The notes under the pieces: generated by a model
What the model was told of the DNA's origin: nothing
Database searches by the model: none
Seen by the model: only the letters and a program-made list of their open reading frames with translations
Program-made: the position numbers and the translations under genes
Part shown: piece by piece, positions 38,326-51,484 of the stretch
Layout: every line of letters begins with the position of its first letter
Position numbering within the stretch: position 1 is the first letter of the stretch
Source: Podarcis cretensis
Lineage: Eukaryota
Direction of reading: 5' to 3'
DNA: 64,000 bases
NCBI GenBank assembly: GCA_951804945.1
Contig: OX638151.1
Span: forward strand, 112,840,001-112,904,000

Positions 38326-38949
38326 TGTGATGGCCTGGGACTCAGGCTCAGGCTCGGAGCCAGAGGAGTCTCAGTCCGCACTGGATCCTTTGCCCCAGGC
38401 AGCATCTGAACCTAGTCTGGGGCCTGATTCTTGAGAACCCCAGTCTGCACAGGTTCCCCTGAAACAAGCACCAGCTGGGTCGAGTCAGGCGCCTGAGCCT
38501 GCTCTGGCTCCAGATGTGGGGATTACCTTGTTGCCTTCAGCTGGGCAATCACAGCTGCTCCACTACCAATTGGGTCAGGAGAGGCTGAGGCGGCCTCTGG
38601 GTCTAGTAACCCACCGACATCTCCCGAGCTGCAGAGACTGAGGTCTGAGAGAAGGAGAAACCTGAGTACTCGCAGGAGGAGTGCTTGCCTTTGGGTGAGA
38701 CAGGGAGGTGAGTCATCGGGGGATCAGGACTGGCCATTACCCTGACAAAGATAAAAGGCTGCTGAACCCCCGCCCCAGGTTGCGGGAGCAACGTTGCTGT
38801 TTGTCAGAACCTGCCTGTGATCCTGTGCCTGACCGTGCCTGGTTTCCTGCCTTGTGTCCTGCCTTGGCCCAGTTGGACTCCTCATGGAACCCTTGGATTC
38901 GGGACCGGACCTGGACTGCGTTACCTGGGTTACCCCCAGACCCAGCACA
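38326..38949. mobile_element. Solo LTR (624 bp)
   Basis: TGTGATGG...CCAGCACA inverted termini; 5-bp TSD cgtag/tgtag (CpG decay); GC-rich. Confidence 0.75.
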
Positions 38950-39879
38950 TGTAGCAAGGTGTCATCACTGCTCCCTCACTACACCGCAAGGCAGGGCTTA
39001 AAGTGGCAGAAGGATGTTGTCAGCCTGCACTAGGCTTCACCTCACATGCCTAAAAGCTTTCAGAGAAGGCAAGGAGATGACTCTTTACTGTGTAACAGCC
39101 TCAAATCATGAACAAGGAAGTCCACACCAGGGATGAAGAACCCATTGGTCTCCAACCCCCCATCAGCCCCAGCCAGTGTGGTCAAAGATGCTCCAAGGTT
39201 TAGTCCAGCAACCTCTAAAAGGCTGCAGGTTCCCAACCTTTGGCCTATGCCATGCACAAATTGAATAGCAGAATCATTCTAGATTCTAGAGTTTGGGCAA
39301 AGAGGAATGTATTCATTTCAGTATGTTCCAAATTTTTCTGGAGTGGATCAGGTGATTTCACTCATCATAAACATTTCCCCACCTTTCAGTAGAGTCCTTT
39401 GAATACAGAAAATTCATGTTTTGTGCATTGTGAGCTATAGCCACATTCTCTTTCAGTCCCCCCGCTGAAAATGCTGGGGATCGTATAGGTCCCATAGGGA
39501 CTGCTCCTGACCAAAGTTCAGGTTGAAAATTTCATTGGAAATAGCCTAGCACTTGAGAATAAGTGTTTTGCACATCTCATACTTGGCAGTTATTTGAATG
39601 GGAAAGTCTTCTGAACAATATCCAGAGACTGTGCACTCTTGATCTACGGTATCTCTTTTCCTTGAAATTTAACCATGCCGGCCCAATTCCACTAAGCAAA
39701 TAGCTAACTACCTCATATAGCACAAGCATACAGAGGAGAAGAGGTAATGTGAGGTGTTAGAACTTTCAACTATTGTATGTCTTAACAGACTCCATCTTTA
39801 CCAGGTCAAGAGTCACCCCCCACAATTGTGCATACTTTACTTAGAAAAGTGGTTTTAAATTCATCCATTAAAGCTGCAA

Positions 39880-39881
39880 TT

Positions 39882-39929
<48 letters not shown>

Positions 39930-39930
39930 T
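39880..39930. repeat. (CTTT)n microsatellite, tail of a reversed retroposon remnant
   Basis: Seen directly. Confidence 0.9.
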
Positions 39931-40291
39931 GATTTATATACTGTCTTTCATCATAAGATCTCAGAGCAGTTCACGGAATAAAATACAGGATAAAAACAAG
40001 AGAGTAAAACAAAACAGCAAAACAATAACTCTCCCAAAATTGCTAGAGATAGTCAAGAGTTGCTAGAGCTTCCCAGTTCAAGATGGCAGCCAGCAGACAT
40101 CTTGCAATAATGAATTTTATGCACAAACGTGTAAATGTTTAATTATTCCATCTATATTCTGCCATATTTCCATGACCAGACCCTGCTTAGCTTCAGCGGT
40201 GACACTGTTGACTGCATCTATAGACCATGTCATGAACCAATTGATGTTGCTAGGATTGCTTTATAAGCCTTCAAATCTTTTTGAACAATTA

Positions 40292-40589
40292 CAGTGGTGC
40301 CTCGCAAGACGAAAAGAATCCGTTCCGCGAGTCTCTTCGTCTTGCGGTTTTTTCATCTTACGAAGCAACCCTATTGGCGGCTTAGCAGATTAGCGCTATT
40401 AGCGGCTTAGCGGCTTAGTGGCTAAGCGGCTATTAGTGGCTATTAGCGGCTTAGAAAAAGGGAGAAAAAAGCGAAAAAAATCGCAAGCCCATAGGGAAAT
40501 TCGTCTTGCGAAGCGCCTAAAAAACGGAAAACCCTTTCGTCTAGCGGGTTTTTCGTCTTGCGAGGCATTCGTCTTGCGGGGCACCACTG
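40292..40589. mobile_element. Tc1/mariner-type MITE, family B
   Basis: TIR cagtggtgcctcgcaagacgaa / ttcgtcttgcggggcaccactg, TA TSD; internal gcggcttag repeats. Confidence 0.88.
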
Positions 40590-41218
40590 TACATGCTCAA
40601 AGCAATCCTATAGAATATCACACAATTTTTTATCGCCTAGTCACAATAATTCCCAACATGCTATTCTTTGCACTGTTCACTTGAGACTGAATGCCTCGCG
40701 TCTGTCTTCATCAACAACTCTTTGATGTCTGTAGCCTTCTGTTCCTCGCTTGCCAAAATGTTGATGCCATTACTCTCCTATGTCACTGCAGGTTATTATT
40801 CTCTTCAAGGTTACAGCTTAAAATATTTATGTGTGCAATCCATCTCCAATTTAAATCAGCGGGACTCTGGATGCCAGGTTTAATTAGACATACATTGCTC
40901 TCTTTTTTTGTTATACCTTCTTGTTTCTTTCTTTTGTTTAAAGTGATTTTCCATTTCATTTTTAGTCCTTTTATATCCACATAGAGACTGATAGATGAAA
41001 CTGACACTTGGATTTTGGTTTTGGGTTTTTATGCAGTCTTAAGTGCCACTGAGCATTAATATGTTGGTAGCTCAGCTGTAGGATGAAGCAATTTGTGGGT
41101 CTCCTCCAGAATGGGAACCAGAACCTTTTCAGTAATGGCTCAAATGATCTGGAGATCTTTCCTCAAGAATGTTCAGCTGGCACCCTTCCACCATTCTCTT
41201 TTAGGAAACAGGTTAAAA

Positions 41219-41354
41219 CAGGCATAGGCAAACTCGGCCCTCCAGATGTTTTGGGACTACAACTCCCATCATCCCTAGCTAACAGGACCAGTGGTCAGGG
41301 ATGATGGGAATTGTAGTCCCAAAACATCTGGAGGGCCAAGTTTGCATATGCCTG
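41219..41354. mobile_element. hAT-type palindromic MITE
   Basis: caggcataggcaaact...agtttgcatatgcctg; perfect 8-bp TSD ggttaaaa; core shared with the 25826 element. Confidence 0.9.
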
Positions 41355-42281
41355 GGTTAAAACAATCCTGATTCAAATAAACTTTTGAGTCAGGATTGTA
41401 CACTGTTATTGAATACTGTTTTCCTTGGTTTTGTTCTGACTGCTGTGCTTTTGCTTTTCTGTTGTTTTGTTGGTTTTATGTTGAATTGTAGTCATCTGAT
41501 TGTGTTTTGCTTTTAAATAACTTTTTGTTTTTGTAGGAAGGTCACAAAAAGGTGGATCTGGGCATTTGCTCATCATCTTTATTGGATTCTCTCTGTAGGG
41601 ATCCATCTTATCCCAGTTAAATATGCCAGTGAGATAATTAGGTAGGAGAGATATTACAAAACCAATGCAGCATCATTTTGTAAGAGAAGAAATGGGCTTA
41701 ACTTGTTAACTGACCCCTTCCCCAAACTCTTTTAACATTTTCCGTTGCTTCAAGAGCCACTATGGAACTTATTTTCAATGCCTGTCAAAATGCAGATATT
41801 TCTTGAAAGCACTCTTTAGTTCGGATCTAGTTAAATTCAGTTGAGTCTAGTTGCAACTGAAAAGCAATGGCACTTCAGTTCGTTGCAATAAGGTGGTTCC
41901 ATTGCTTTTAGTGCAATTTAGTCACTGCCAACTTCAGCTGGATTTGGGACTTGGTTTAGGGTGGCCTATTATGATCATGGTTAAAGAGGATGGACTTCAA
42001 ATGTTGGCATGCATGTCACTCTCTCTGTGTGCATGCGTATGCGCATGTGTGCATGTGTTTTACAGAGTTGCATTTCTAAAACGTTACCAACCTTGGGCCA
42101 AAGGGATGTGGGATGCCAAAAGCAGAAATAATTCCATTACTAAATTTCCATTACTGACAACAGTCCATCTGTGTTCACGGCATGCTTTGTGTGAACAGAC
42201 TCATAGCTTATGTACAGTATATTGTCAAATGCCCCTGAAAAGGAGACTCCCTTAAAGATAATAGTTGAAGGCCACACTTAC

Positions 42282-42359
42282 TCATCCACTTGACTTTTAT
42301 CCTTTGTGATTTTTTCTTGCCTCTTTTTGTCCATCTTTTTCTTCAACTCCTTCTTTTCC
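42282..42359 (-). CDS. PLCB1: PLCB1 exon ~29 (78 nt): [25 protein letters not shown](E)
   Basis: Acceptor gttgcag|G, donor GA|gtaagt; basic, NLS-like cluster. Confidence 0.94.
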
Positions 42360-42518
42360 CTGCAACAAAAATAAAACCCTTTTTTCCCCTTTTTAAGGCA
42401 AAGTTAATTCTGACAGAGCAAGAGCATGCATATTTACTTGGGCCCCTCTGTCTTCAGCGGGGCTTGCTCTGTAGTGCTCTGGGATTGCAATTTTAAATAC
42501 AAAAGTTTTGTTTACTTA

Positions 42519-42620
<102 letters not shown>

Positions 42621-42657
42621 TTATAAAACTGCATGAACCACATTTGATTGCTGAATA

Positions 42658-42889
42658 CAGTGGTACCTTGAGTTACAGACGCTTCAGGTTACAGACGCTT
42701 TAGGTTACAGACTCCGCTAACCCAGAAATAGTACCTCAGGTTAAGAACTTTGCTTCAGAATGAGAACAGAAATCGTGCTCTGGCAGCATGGCGGCAGCGG
42801 GAGGCCCCATTAGCTAAAGTGGTACCTCAGGTTAAGAACAGTTTCAGGACCTCCAGAACGAATTAAGTTCTTAACCAGAGGTACCACTG
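42658..42889. mobile_element. Tc1/mariner MITE, family A
   Basis: cagtggtacct TIRs, TA TSD. Confidence 0.88.
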
Positions 42890-44021
42890 TATTTAGACGG
42901 CTTAAGATGTTAAATTATCCCAGCCTCCAACCCTCATAATGTAAGAAAAACATTGGGGCCTAAATTGCATAGTAAGGGAGCTTGGTATCTGGTGGGCGGG
43001 GCTTGTGTGTTTTGCCCCGGAATCAGTCCCTCCCTTCAATGTGTTCCGTTATGTTCAATTAAGAATGCCAGTCCAACTGCTTCTTCTTGCCTCTTGCCTT
43101 GTTTCTGTCATTATGCTATTTTGTTACAGTATTATTAAAGCTTAGTTTGCAGTTACGTAAGCCACTTATTTTTCTCAAAGAAAACGAAACTCTGCTAAAG
43201 AATGGTGGAATAGCCTAAACTTGGGGGAGTGAGGGGATATTCCCAGTTTGCCAGGAGTATTGATTTTGTTAATCTCCACAACACAGGAAAGGATGGGTTT
43301 TGCTATTGCTATTACTTGATGGTAGAGGAAATGCATGTTCACTCCCTGTCATCTCTGGGTTGTGTTGAGAAAGACTCCTGCTTGAACCCTACTGCAACAA
43401 ACAGCTGTGCAAGCCTTTGGGAGGCAGAGATGCAAGAGGGCATCAGAGGAGGGAGGGAAGGAAAGAGAGACAGATGCCAGTGTCTGACCATTATTTATGA
43501 CACCCCAGAGTGCCATGGCACATTGGTTGAAAACCACTGCTCCAGTAAAATGCAAAACATGCAGAAGAAGGAGAGCCACATGGGAACATTCTTTGCTACG
43601 TCACAACCCGGCCAAGTTTAAGGAGCACAAATAACTTGTACCATACTAGGAGAAGTTCTATGTGAACTTATGAAGCTGATTTATACTGGGACAGTGTCAT
43701 GGGTCTACACAGACCAGGACTGTGCCCTCTGACTGCCAGGGTCCTCTAGGGCCTAAGACTTTCCAGTGTCACTACCTGAAATTTTGTTAATTTGAGATCT
43801 TGGGTCTTGAAGCTGGGATCTTCCATATGCAAAGCATAAACACACGAACTCTGAATGACACGGAAGCCCCTCATTAAGAGAATCCAGTAATGTCTATTTG
43901 ACTTATGCTGAGCTTTCAAACCTCTTCCACCAACACACACAATTTGGCAGGTGCCTTGTGTGCTATTTTGACAGCCTCCTTTGTGATAGTGATTACCAAC
44001 CACTTCAAAAGTTAACTCACA

Positions 44022-44022
<1 letters not shown>

Positions 44023-44056
<34 letters not shown>
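44023..44056. repeat. (CA)n microsatellite
   Basis: Seen directly. Confidence 0.95.
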
Positions 44057-44058
<2 letters not shown>

Positions 44059-44997
44059 TTAACTAACAAGCCTGGGTACCAAAATAGAGTTCTACATTGC
44101 TGTGCTGAATGAATTCGAATGCATTGCAAATGTAGCATCATTTGTAATTCTCAGAATCATTAAAACACTCCCCTGTCCCCCAATAATTCAACAAATCACA
44201 CTGAAAGAGCAACAAATTCCCATGTGTTGTATATAAAAGACCATCTGCTGATGAGATGCAAGACAAATCAAATCTCTGTCAACAAAACATTAGATATGGG
44301 AATAGACACGGGCATCACATTGCCCTCAAAATTTGCCAAATTTGTATGGAATGAAGCTGCCATCGATGGCTATGCAAGTGCATGACAGTGCACAAACAGT
44401 AAACAAATAAGTCAGCATTAAGTTCTAGGGATATTGTAAATGTGTGGTTGTTCTTCATTGGATTGGGTTTGTTTTCTATTTCCTTACAAAATGAACACTG
44501 AAGCGTCTTGTTATTTTCATTCTGCCAATTCCCAAGCTGAAATCATTTGTTTTCTCATGTGGAAAATACACATCACGTTTCAGCTTTAACTCATTGAAGT
44601 CTCCTCAAAAGTAATGGAAAAAATTGCTACACCGATGGCCAACTTTACTTCTGATGCACCAGGCTAGGAATGCAGCCTGCAAGGCTTTCTCTGGCAATGG
44701 CTTTTCCTAGCATGGGTAATGTCCTCCATTGCCCACCGGCCTCTGCCAAGTAGCACAAAGTGGTGGGACAGAATGAAAGGCCCTGTCTTTGCCAGGAAGG
44801 TAGGCTGGGCATAGAGAAGCCCTTCCGGCCTCATTTTGGACCCCAGCATTCATGCCAGGAAGGCCAATGGGCCACTGGATGTCCTCAAACACAGCTGGTC
44901 ATCAAAAGAACTCGACTTCAAACAACTATCCAAACAAAATGATCCACCCAAATCTGGTAGACAGGTCAACATTATCTGTAGGCTCACTCCTTGCAGT

Positions 44998-45509
44998 TGT
45001 TGTTGTTTAGTCGTTTAGTTGTGTCCGACTCTTCGTGACCCCATGGACCAGAGCATGCCAGGCTCTCCTGTCTTCCACTGCTTCCCGCAGTTTGGTCAAA
45101 CTCATGCTGGTAGCTTCAAGAACACTGTCCAACCATCTCATTCTCTGTACCCCTTCTCCTTGTGCCCACAATATTTCCCAACATCAGGGTCTTTTCCAGG
45201 GAGACTTCTCTTCTCATGAGGTGGCCAAAGTATTGGAGCCTCAGCTTCACGATCTGTCCTTCCAGTGAGCACTCAGGGCTGATTTCCTTCAGAATGGAGA
45301 GGTTTGATCTTCTTGCAGTCCAGGGGACTCTCAAGAGTCTCCTCCAGCACCATAATTCAAAAGCATCAATTATTTGGTGATCAGCCTTCTTTATGGTCCA
45401 GGTCTCACTTCCATACATCACTACTGGGAAAACCATAGCTTTAACTATATGGACCTTTGTTGGCAAGGTGGTGTCTCTGCTTTTTAAGATGCTGTCTAGG
45501 TTTGTCATT
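44998..45509 (-). mobile_element. Bov-B LINE 3' fragment
   Basis: ORF 45116..45547 is the Bov-B RT C-terminus; 12-bp TSD actccttgcagt (44986-44997 / 45510-45521). Confidence 0.93.
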
Positions 45510-46539
45510 ACTCCTTGCAGTAGTGATATATAATATCTGGGAAGCATCCTGCTAGATCATTTTTTGTTGGGGGAACAGTAAGGGAGTGCAGTGAAGGTTT
45601 TCCATTGACCCAAAGGAGGCCATGAGAAATGCCCTTCCTGCCAGAACCAGACAAATGCCCTGCCCGTAGCAGGGATGCCTGTAGGGGCCACTGTGCCAAT
45701 AGGATTTGGCTTCAAACCCAATCTTATGAGCTGCTGCACAATCATACCAGCTCCCAAAGCTCCTTTGAAGTAGTAAACAACTCTGCTTGACTGTGGTACA
45801 CAGATGGAATACTTCGGTAACTTTTGATCTTTTGTACAACAAAGTAACCAAGTGTGTAAAGAGCATGGTTAAGTACCTCTGACAGCGGCCACATGCCGGG
45901 GGCAGAATGGAACTATATAATAGTAGCATTCAACTGCCTTCTTCTCTTTTAGTGTTACAAAGAATCTATTACCATCTGATTGGATTGCTGTTTCAGCCCA
46001 GAGGGCTGCCCTACATGGGGAGCCTGACCCCACCAGCAGTAGATTTGCAGCTGTAAAAACAAAAGCTCCTTTGGGACAATATATGCATAATATCACTTTG
46101 CTGTTTATAGCTTGTGCTCTGGCATCTGTTCAGAGCACACATAGTTTCACAGAAGGCTATTTGGCACAAACAATAACTAGTTGGAAGCCATTTTTAGTGA
46201 CATCCAAGCTCTCGTTTCCAGTTCTGTGGGCCACACTAATCTAACTGCTTATTCTGGAATGATTTCTGATAATTTAATTAGGCAGAGGATGTTGGTTTCA
46301 GCTTCAAAGTCAAACAGTGGAAGATGCTACCCCTATCCAAAGCAGCACTAATGACAAACCAATCAATTATGGCCCAATGTTTGTACTTAGTGTGGAGCAA
46401 ATTAGAAAGCTTTGCAAGATGTGGCCTTGTAATGGTACTGTAATCAGAATTAGGAAAGAGTCTGAAAATAAAGTGGCCAGTGATCCAGCTGTATTTGAAA
46501 TATTGTTCCACACCCCACCATGCCATTGTGAATCCTTAT

Positions 46540-46779
46540 TTTGTTGTTGTTGTTGTTTAGTCATTTAGTCACATCCGACTCTTCGTGACCCCATGGACCG
46601 GAGCACGCCAGGCACTCCTGTCTTCCATTGCCTCCCACAGTTTGGTCAAACTCATGTTAGTAGCTTCAAGAACACTGTCCAACCATCTCGTCCTCTATCG
46701 TCCCCTTCTCCTTGTGCCCCCAATCTTTCCCAACATCAGGGTCTTTTCCAGCGAGTCTTCTCCTCATGAGATGGCCAAA
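46540..46779 (-). mobile_element. Bov-B LINE short 3' fragment
   Basis: (ttg)n tail; 12-bp TSD gtgaatccttat (46528-46539 / 46780-46791). Confidence 0.92.
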
Positions 46780-46946
46780 GTGAATCCTTATATTCTATTT
46801 TATTTTGCAAATTTGTAATGGTAATCAAAAACACAGAAAGTGAGCATACCTCCACACAGACACATCTCAAACATAGCTAGTTCTCCATGCAACCTTGACA
46901 CCAAAGAGCTTCAGATAAAGTGTGGAAGCAAGATACTCATACATAC

Positions 46947-47127
46947 CAATTTAATATGTGCTTGCTTCTGGTACTTTTCACTATAATACTGTTCTTGCCG
47001 AAGATTAAGCAGCTGTTGCTGTTGCTTTTCCTTAAGCTCTATTAACTTCTGGGACATTTCTGAATCAAGGGTGGTCAACTCTTGTTCAATAGTCGAAGAA
47101 CTGTGATCTGGGCTTCCAGCTTCACCT
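46947..47127 (-). CDS. PLCB1: PLCB1 exon ~27 (181 nt): [60 protein letters not shown]
   Basis: Acceptor ctgcag|A, donor TTG|gtatgt; lies within ORF 46911..47318. Confidence 0.95.
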
Positions 47128-48394
47128 CTGCAGAGCAATGTGGAACAACAAAAGAAATTCAATGCAAGTTGTGACAGTACAATGCACATACCCTCCCTTC
47201 CCCCCACCTGACCATGATTCATCTCAACTTGGATGTGCAGATGTTGTCTGGGTCTTGTGGCTAAGCTACCATAAGCCCAGGGTTCCGCTAAACCATATTT
47301 AGAAGCGAGGACTCCCATGCATGTTGACCCATGTCAACTTATTTATAAATGTCACACACGCTTGAAATCTCACCCGCTGAGGGCATCCAAGCACAAGCTG
47401 GCTTGCCATCTGGAAAATGAGCTGAGACATCCTAAGTTAATGGCTATTCAACCTAAGCCAAAACCTCACTTGGTTCCAGAAATGTGAGGGATCACACAGG
47501 GATCACTGGTTTAGTAGCTCATAGGAGTGCTCTGCTGACACGAGCTGCGCAATGAGTAATGCGGCAATTCTTACCAATGGGGCTTTTCATTTTGCCCCCT
47601 GACATGTCACAAGGTTTGCACATTACAGCTAAGTGAGTATACATGTTCTATTTTTCAGTGAGCTTGTTTTTTCAATGGCTCTTGCACTCTCACATTCTTT
47701 AGGGTGTTCACATTAGAGACTTTCTTCCAGGTAACCCACTGTTCTTACCAGTGGTGTAGCATGGGAGGGGGCATAGGGGTGGTTGTCCCGGGTGCAAAAT
47801 TTGTTAGGGGCATAAAATCTCAACACCCGGTGCTGCCTCAATGCAGCTACGTAGTTCCATTGCTGGGCTCCGCTGAAAATGGCTTCTCCATGCGAACCAG
47901 CAAGTGACCTCTCAAAACAATGGAAGGACTCTTATCGCTGTAGCTACAATCTCCTGGGTAACACAGACGTCTTGGGCAGTTGAATGTGCGTGCTTACTCC
48001 ATTTCCCTCCCGCACACCTCTGTGCGGCCCCAGGTGCTGGCAACCCACGCTACACCTCAGGTTCTTACTGCATTGTTTAACATTACATGCACTGCCTAAT
48101 AGGTTTTGTCCTGCAGGCATGGATCTCCTCAGGCTGATCTGAAGCTCCTCTATGTTCAAAGGACCCTATAACATTATGCTGCCCAGTGGAAGCTCCAAGG
48201 TGCTATCAGTGGGAACCAGGATGGTGTAACCTCTAAGAGACTAGGACCAGGAAGGTCCTGGTTCAAACAAACACCTCAACCAAGAAGCACACTGGATGAC
48301 TGGGTGGTAGTCACTATCTCTTACTTTGGAGGGATGCTATAAGGATAAAATGGGTATGTGTGTTTAAGGGGGACATGCAGACCATTATGAGCTC

Positions 48395-48817
48395 TGTCAG
48401 GGAACTGCCATCAGAGCCAGAGGCGGAGGGAAGGCTCCAGAGGGATGCCGGAGAGGGTCCCAGTAGGGAGAGAGGCAGCTCATCCGCTGGGGAAGGAAAT
48501 CAGCGTAGCACCAGTGGAGGAGGGGGGCAGATGGGGGAATCGGAGAGAAGGCTCCAGGACTCCTCGCCGGAGACCAGCGGGGAGAGCACGGGTCCTCCGC
48601 TGCCCACACCCTCCCTGCGCAGAAGACTTCCGCGCAGGGAGAGTAGGAGGAGACTGGGCGTCAAAGAACTTCTTTGCTGCTAGAAGTTCAAGAAACACCC
48701 ACTGACGGATTCTGCCAGCGATTGAGACAGCCACGGATGGGTGGCTGTCCGGACAGAAAGGGTTCACCCAGGTAACTCAGCCAGGTGTGGCGCCAACTTA
48801 CGCACGAGCAACCCCTT
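48395..48817. mobile_element. GC-rich LTR-like insertion with a 16-bp flanking duplication
   Basis: Starts TGTCAGGG; flanked by agaccatta[tg/ca]agctc (48379-48394 / 48818-48833). Confidence 0.6.
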
Positions 48818-49989
48818 AGACCATTACAAGCTCCTTTGAAGAAGGGCAGGATAAAAATTAAGTAAATAAAAGAAATGAATCCAACGGAGTGTGCTCTTGA
48901 GATATCAAAGAATTGATTTCTACTCTTCCAACCCACCTATTGCTCCTCCTCTGTTTGTCCCAGCTCAGGGTACAGCTGCTATCTATTTGCTACAGAACCT
49001 GTTTCCTTCCATGCAAACAAGATTCAGCATGCATGTTGAAAGTCTCCACCCCAAACCCTCCTTAATTCCCAGAAACGTGTTAGCACCAAAGCAGACTTAA
49101 TGTATTTCTACTAGGATGCTCTGGCAGAGGGGTTTCTTTGCAGCAATATCAAATATTGTTTTTTGTTTTTTTTAAAGGAGGCAAGAATGTAAGATGATAT
49201 GAATGGAAATCACACTCAGAGCCAGGCAAAAATGTAACCATGTGGTGAGATCAGTGAGCAACAATAGGACAAAATGGAATGAAGACTGGGGAAAACAGTT
49301 GGGGGGAAGCAAGCAATGTTGCAAACCCACCAATCGTTTCTTGGCACTGAATCTAACTGTTGATCTTCCAACGACACTCTTGGACTCCATGCATCGCATT
49401 TCGGAAGCGGCGGCTTGCATTATTTAAAGAGCCATAGAAAGACCTCTATCAGTCAGCTCAGTTCCTTTCAGAACTTGCACACCCCAAATTCATGCACCCT
49501 GACGTGCAAGTATTTATTGGCAACCAAAGGACAAAGTTCACAAAAACCAAAGGTCTTTCAAAGGAAGGCGAAGAGAGCGGAACAGCACACAAAAGCAGAA
49601 GGGGGAGAAATACATTTATTCATAAAATGGAATCTGAACAACAAACTCCCCAAGGAGCAGTGCGATATTTTGGGTCTTGGGAAAGAACTGCAACTCTAAA
49701 GGGTGAGGTGAGAAGGGGAAGCAATGAAAGGGGCATGTGAAAGAAACAGAGCAACTGTGTAAGCAAGCTAAGCAGCAAGAGCAATTTAAAGAAAAATTAA
49801 AAATTAAAAACCAAGCCAGCACGAATGAAATACATCAGTCTGCGCCCTGACAGATAATCAGAGGTGTTTACAGCTCTACCCAGGTGTTAAGCTAGTTGCC
49901 TAGGAAACCACAGGAATAGAGTCTGAAAGTGAGGGTTTACTTAAGGCCATAGCTATTGCTCGAGAAAGATCATCATTAAGCCTGATAAC

Positions 49990-51484
49990 ATTCCCTGTGA
50001 AGAATCAGGTTTGCAATTTGGGACTGTTCCTGGACTTAGCCCTGAGCCTAGATGTCCAGGTATCTGCAGTGGTAAGAAATGTATTTGCACAGATACACCA
50101 GCCACACCTGTTCCTTGAGCTGTCTGATTTGGCCATAGTGAACAACTCCAAGCACACCTGGAGGATGTGGACCATTTGGATCCCTTCCAGTAGGGATTCA
50201 GGCCTCACCATGGGACTGAAACTGCCTTGGCTGTGCTGGTCGATGATCTCCGGTGGGCTAGGAACAAATGTGAGAGCTGTTTCCTAGTTCTGCTGGATCT
50301 CTCAGCAGCCTTTGACACCATTGACCATAACACCCTTTTGGACCGTCTAGAGGGGCTGGGAGCTGGGGGCACTGTTATACAGTGATTCTGCTCCTTTCTC
50401 CTCGGCCGTGTCCAGAAAAGGGTGTTGGGGGATGAGTGGGCTCTCACTTGTGGGGTGCCTCAGGGTTCCGTCCTCTCCTCCATGCTTTTTAATATCTATA
50501 TGAAGCTGCTGGGAGAGATCGTCAGGGGGTTTGGGCTGGGTGTTCATCAGTATGCAGATAACACCCAGCTCTACCTCTCTTTTAAATCAGAACCAGTGAA
50601 GGCGGTGAATGTCCTTTGTGAGTGCCTGGAGGTGGTTGGAGGTTGGATGGCGGCTAACAGATTGAGGTTGAATCCTGACAAGACAGAAGTACTGTTTTGG
50701 GGGGACAGGGGTGGGTGGGTGGACTCCCTGGTCCTGAATGGGGTAACTGTGCCTCTGAAGGACCAGGTGTGCAGCCTGGGAGTCATTTGGACTCACAGCT
50801 GTCCTTGGAGGCGCAGGTTAACTCTGTGTCCAGGGTGGCTGTCTACCAGCTGAGACCCTACCTGCATGCAGACTGTCTCGCCAGAGTGGTGCATGCTCTA
50901 GTTATCTCCTGCTTGGACTACTGCAATGCGCTCTATGTGGGGTACCTTTGAAGGTGACTTGGAAACTGCAATTAATCCAGAATGCGGCAGCTAGACTGAT
51001 GACTGGGAGTGGCCGCTGAGACCATATAACACCAGTCCCGAGAGATCTGCGTTGGCTCCCAGTACGTTTCCAAGCACAATTCAAAGTGTTGGTGCTGACC
51101 TTTAAAGCCCTAAATAGCCTTGGTCCTGTATACCTGAACGAGCGTCTCCACCCCCAACGTTCAGCCTGGACACTGAGATCCAGCGCCGAGGGCCTTCTGT
51201 TGCTTCCCTTGCTACGAGAAGTGAGGTTACAGGGAACCAGACAGAGGGCCTTCTCAGTAGTGGCGCCCGCCCTGTGGAACGCCCTCCCATCAGATGTCAA
51301 GGAAATAAGCAGCTATCCTATTTTTAAAAGACATCTGAAGGCAGCCCTTTTTAGGGAAGTTTTTAATATTTAATGCTGTATTGTTTTTAACACTTGATTG
51401 GGAGCCGCCCAGAGTGGCTGGTGAAACTCAGCCAGATGGGCAGGGTATGTATGTATAAATAAATAAATAAATAAATAAATAAAT
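49990..51484 (+). mobile_element. L2-clade LINE, 5'-truncated and frameshifted RT remnant
   Basis: [56 protein letters not shown]; (taaa)n tail. The first ~150 bp may be an older L2 piece. Confidence 0.9.

Noticed and set aside
48360-48767. Overlapping GC-rich ORFs as a nested gene (likewise 23458-23895 and 56894-57343)
   Set aside because: They coincide with GC-rich repeat insertions, have no recognisable domain, and are open on both strands as expected for stop-poor sequence
50422-51373. Functional reverse transcriptase gene
   Set aside because: 5'-truncated, frameshifted L2 remnant with stops; the catalytic YADD is mutated to YADN
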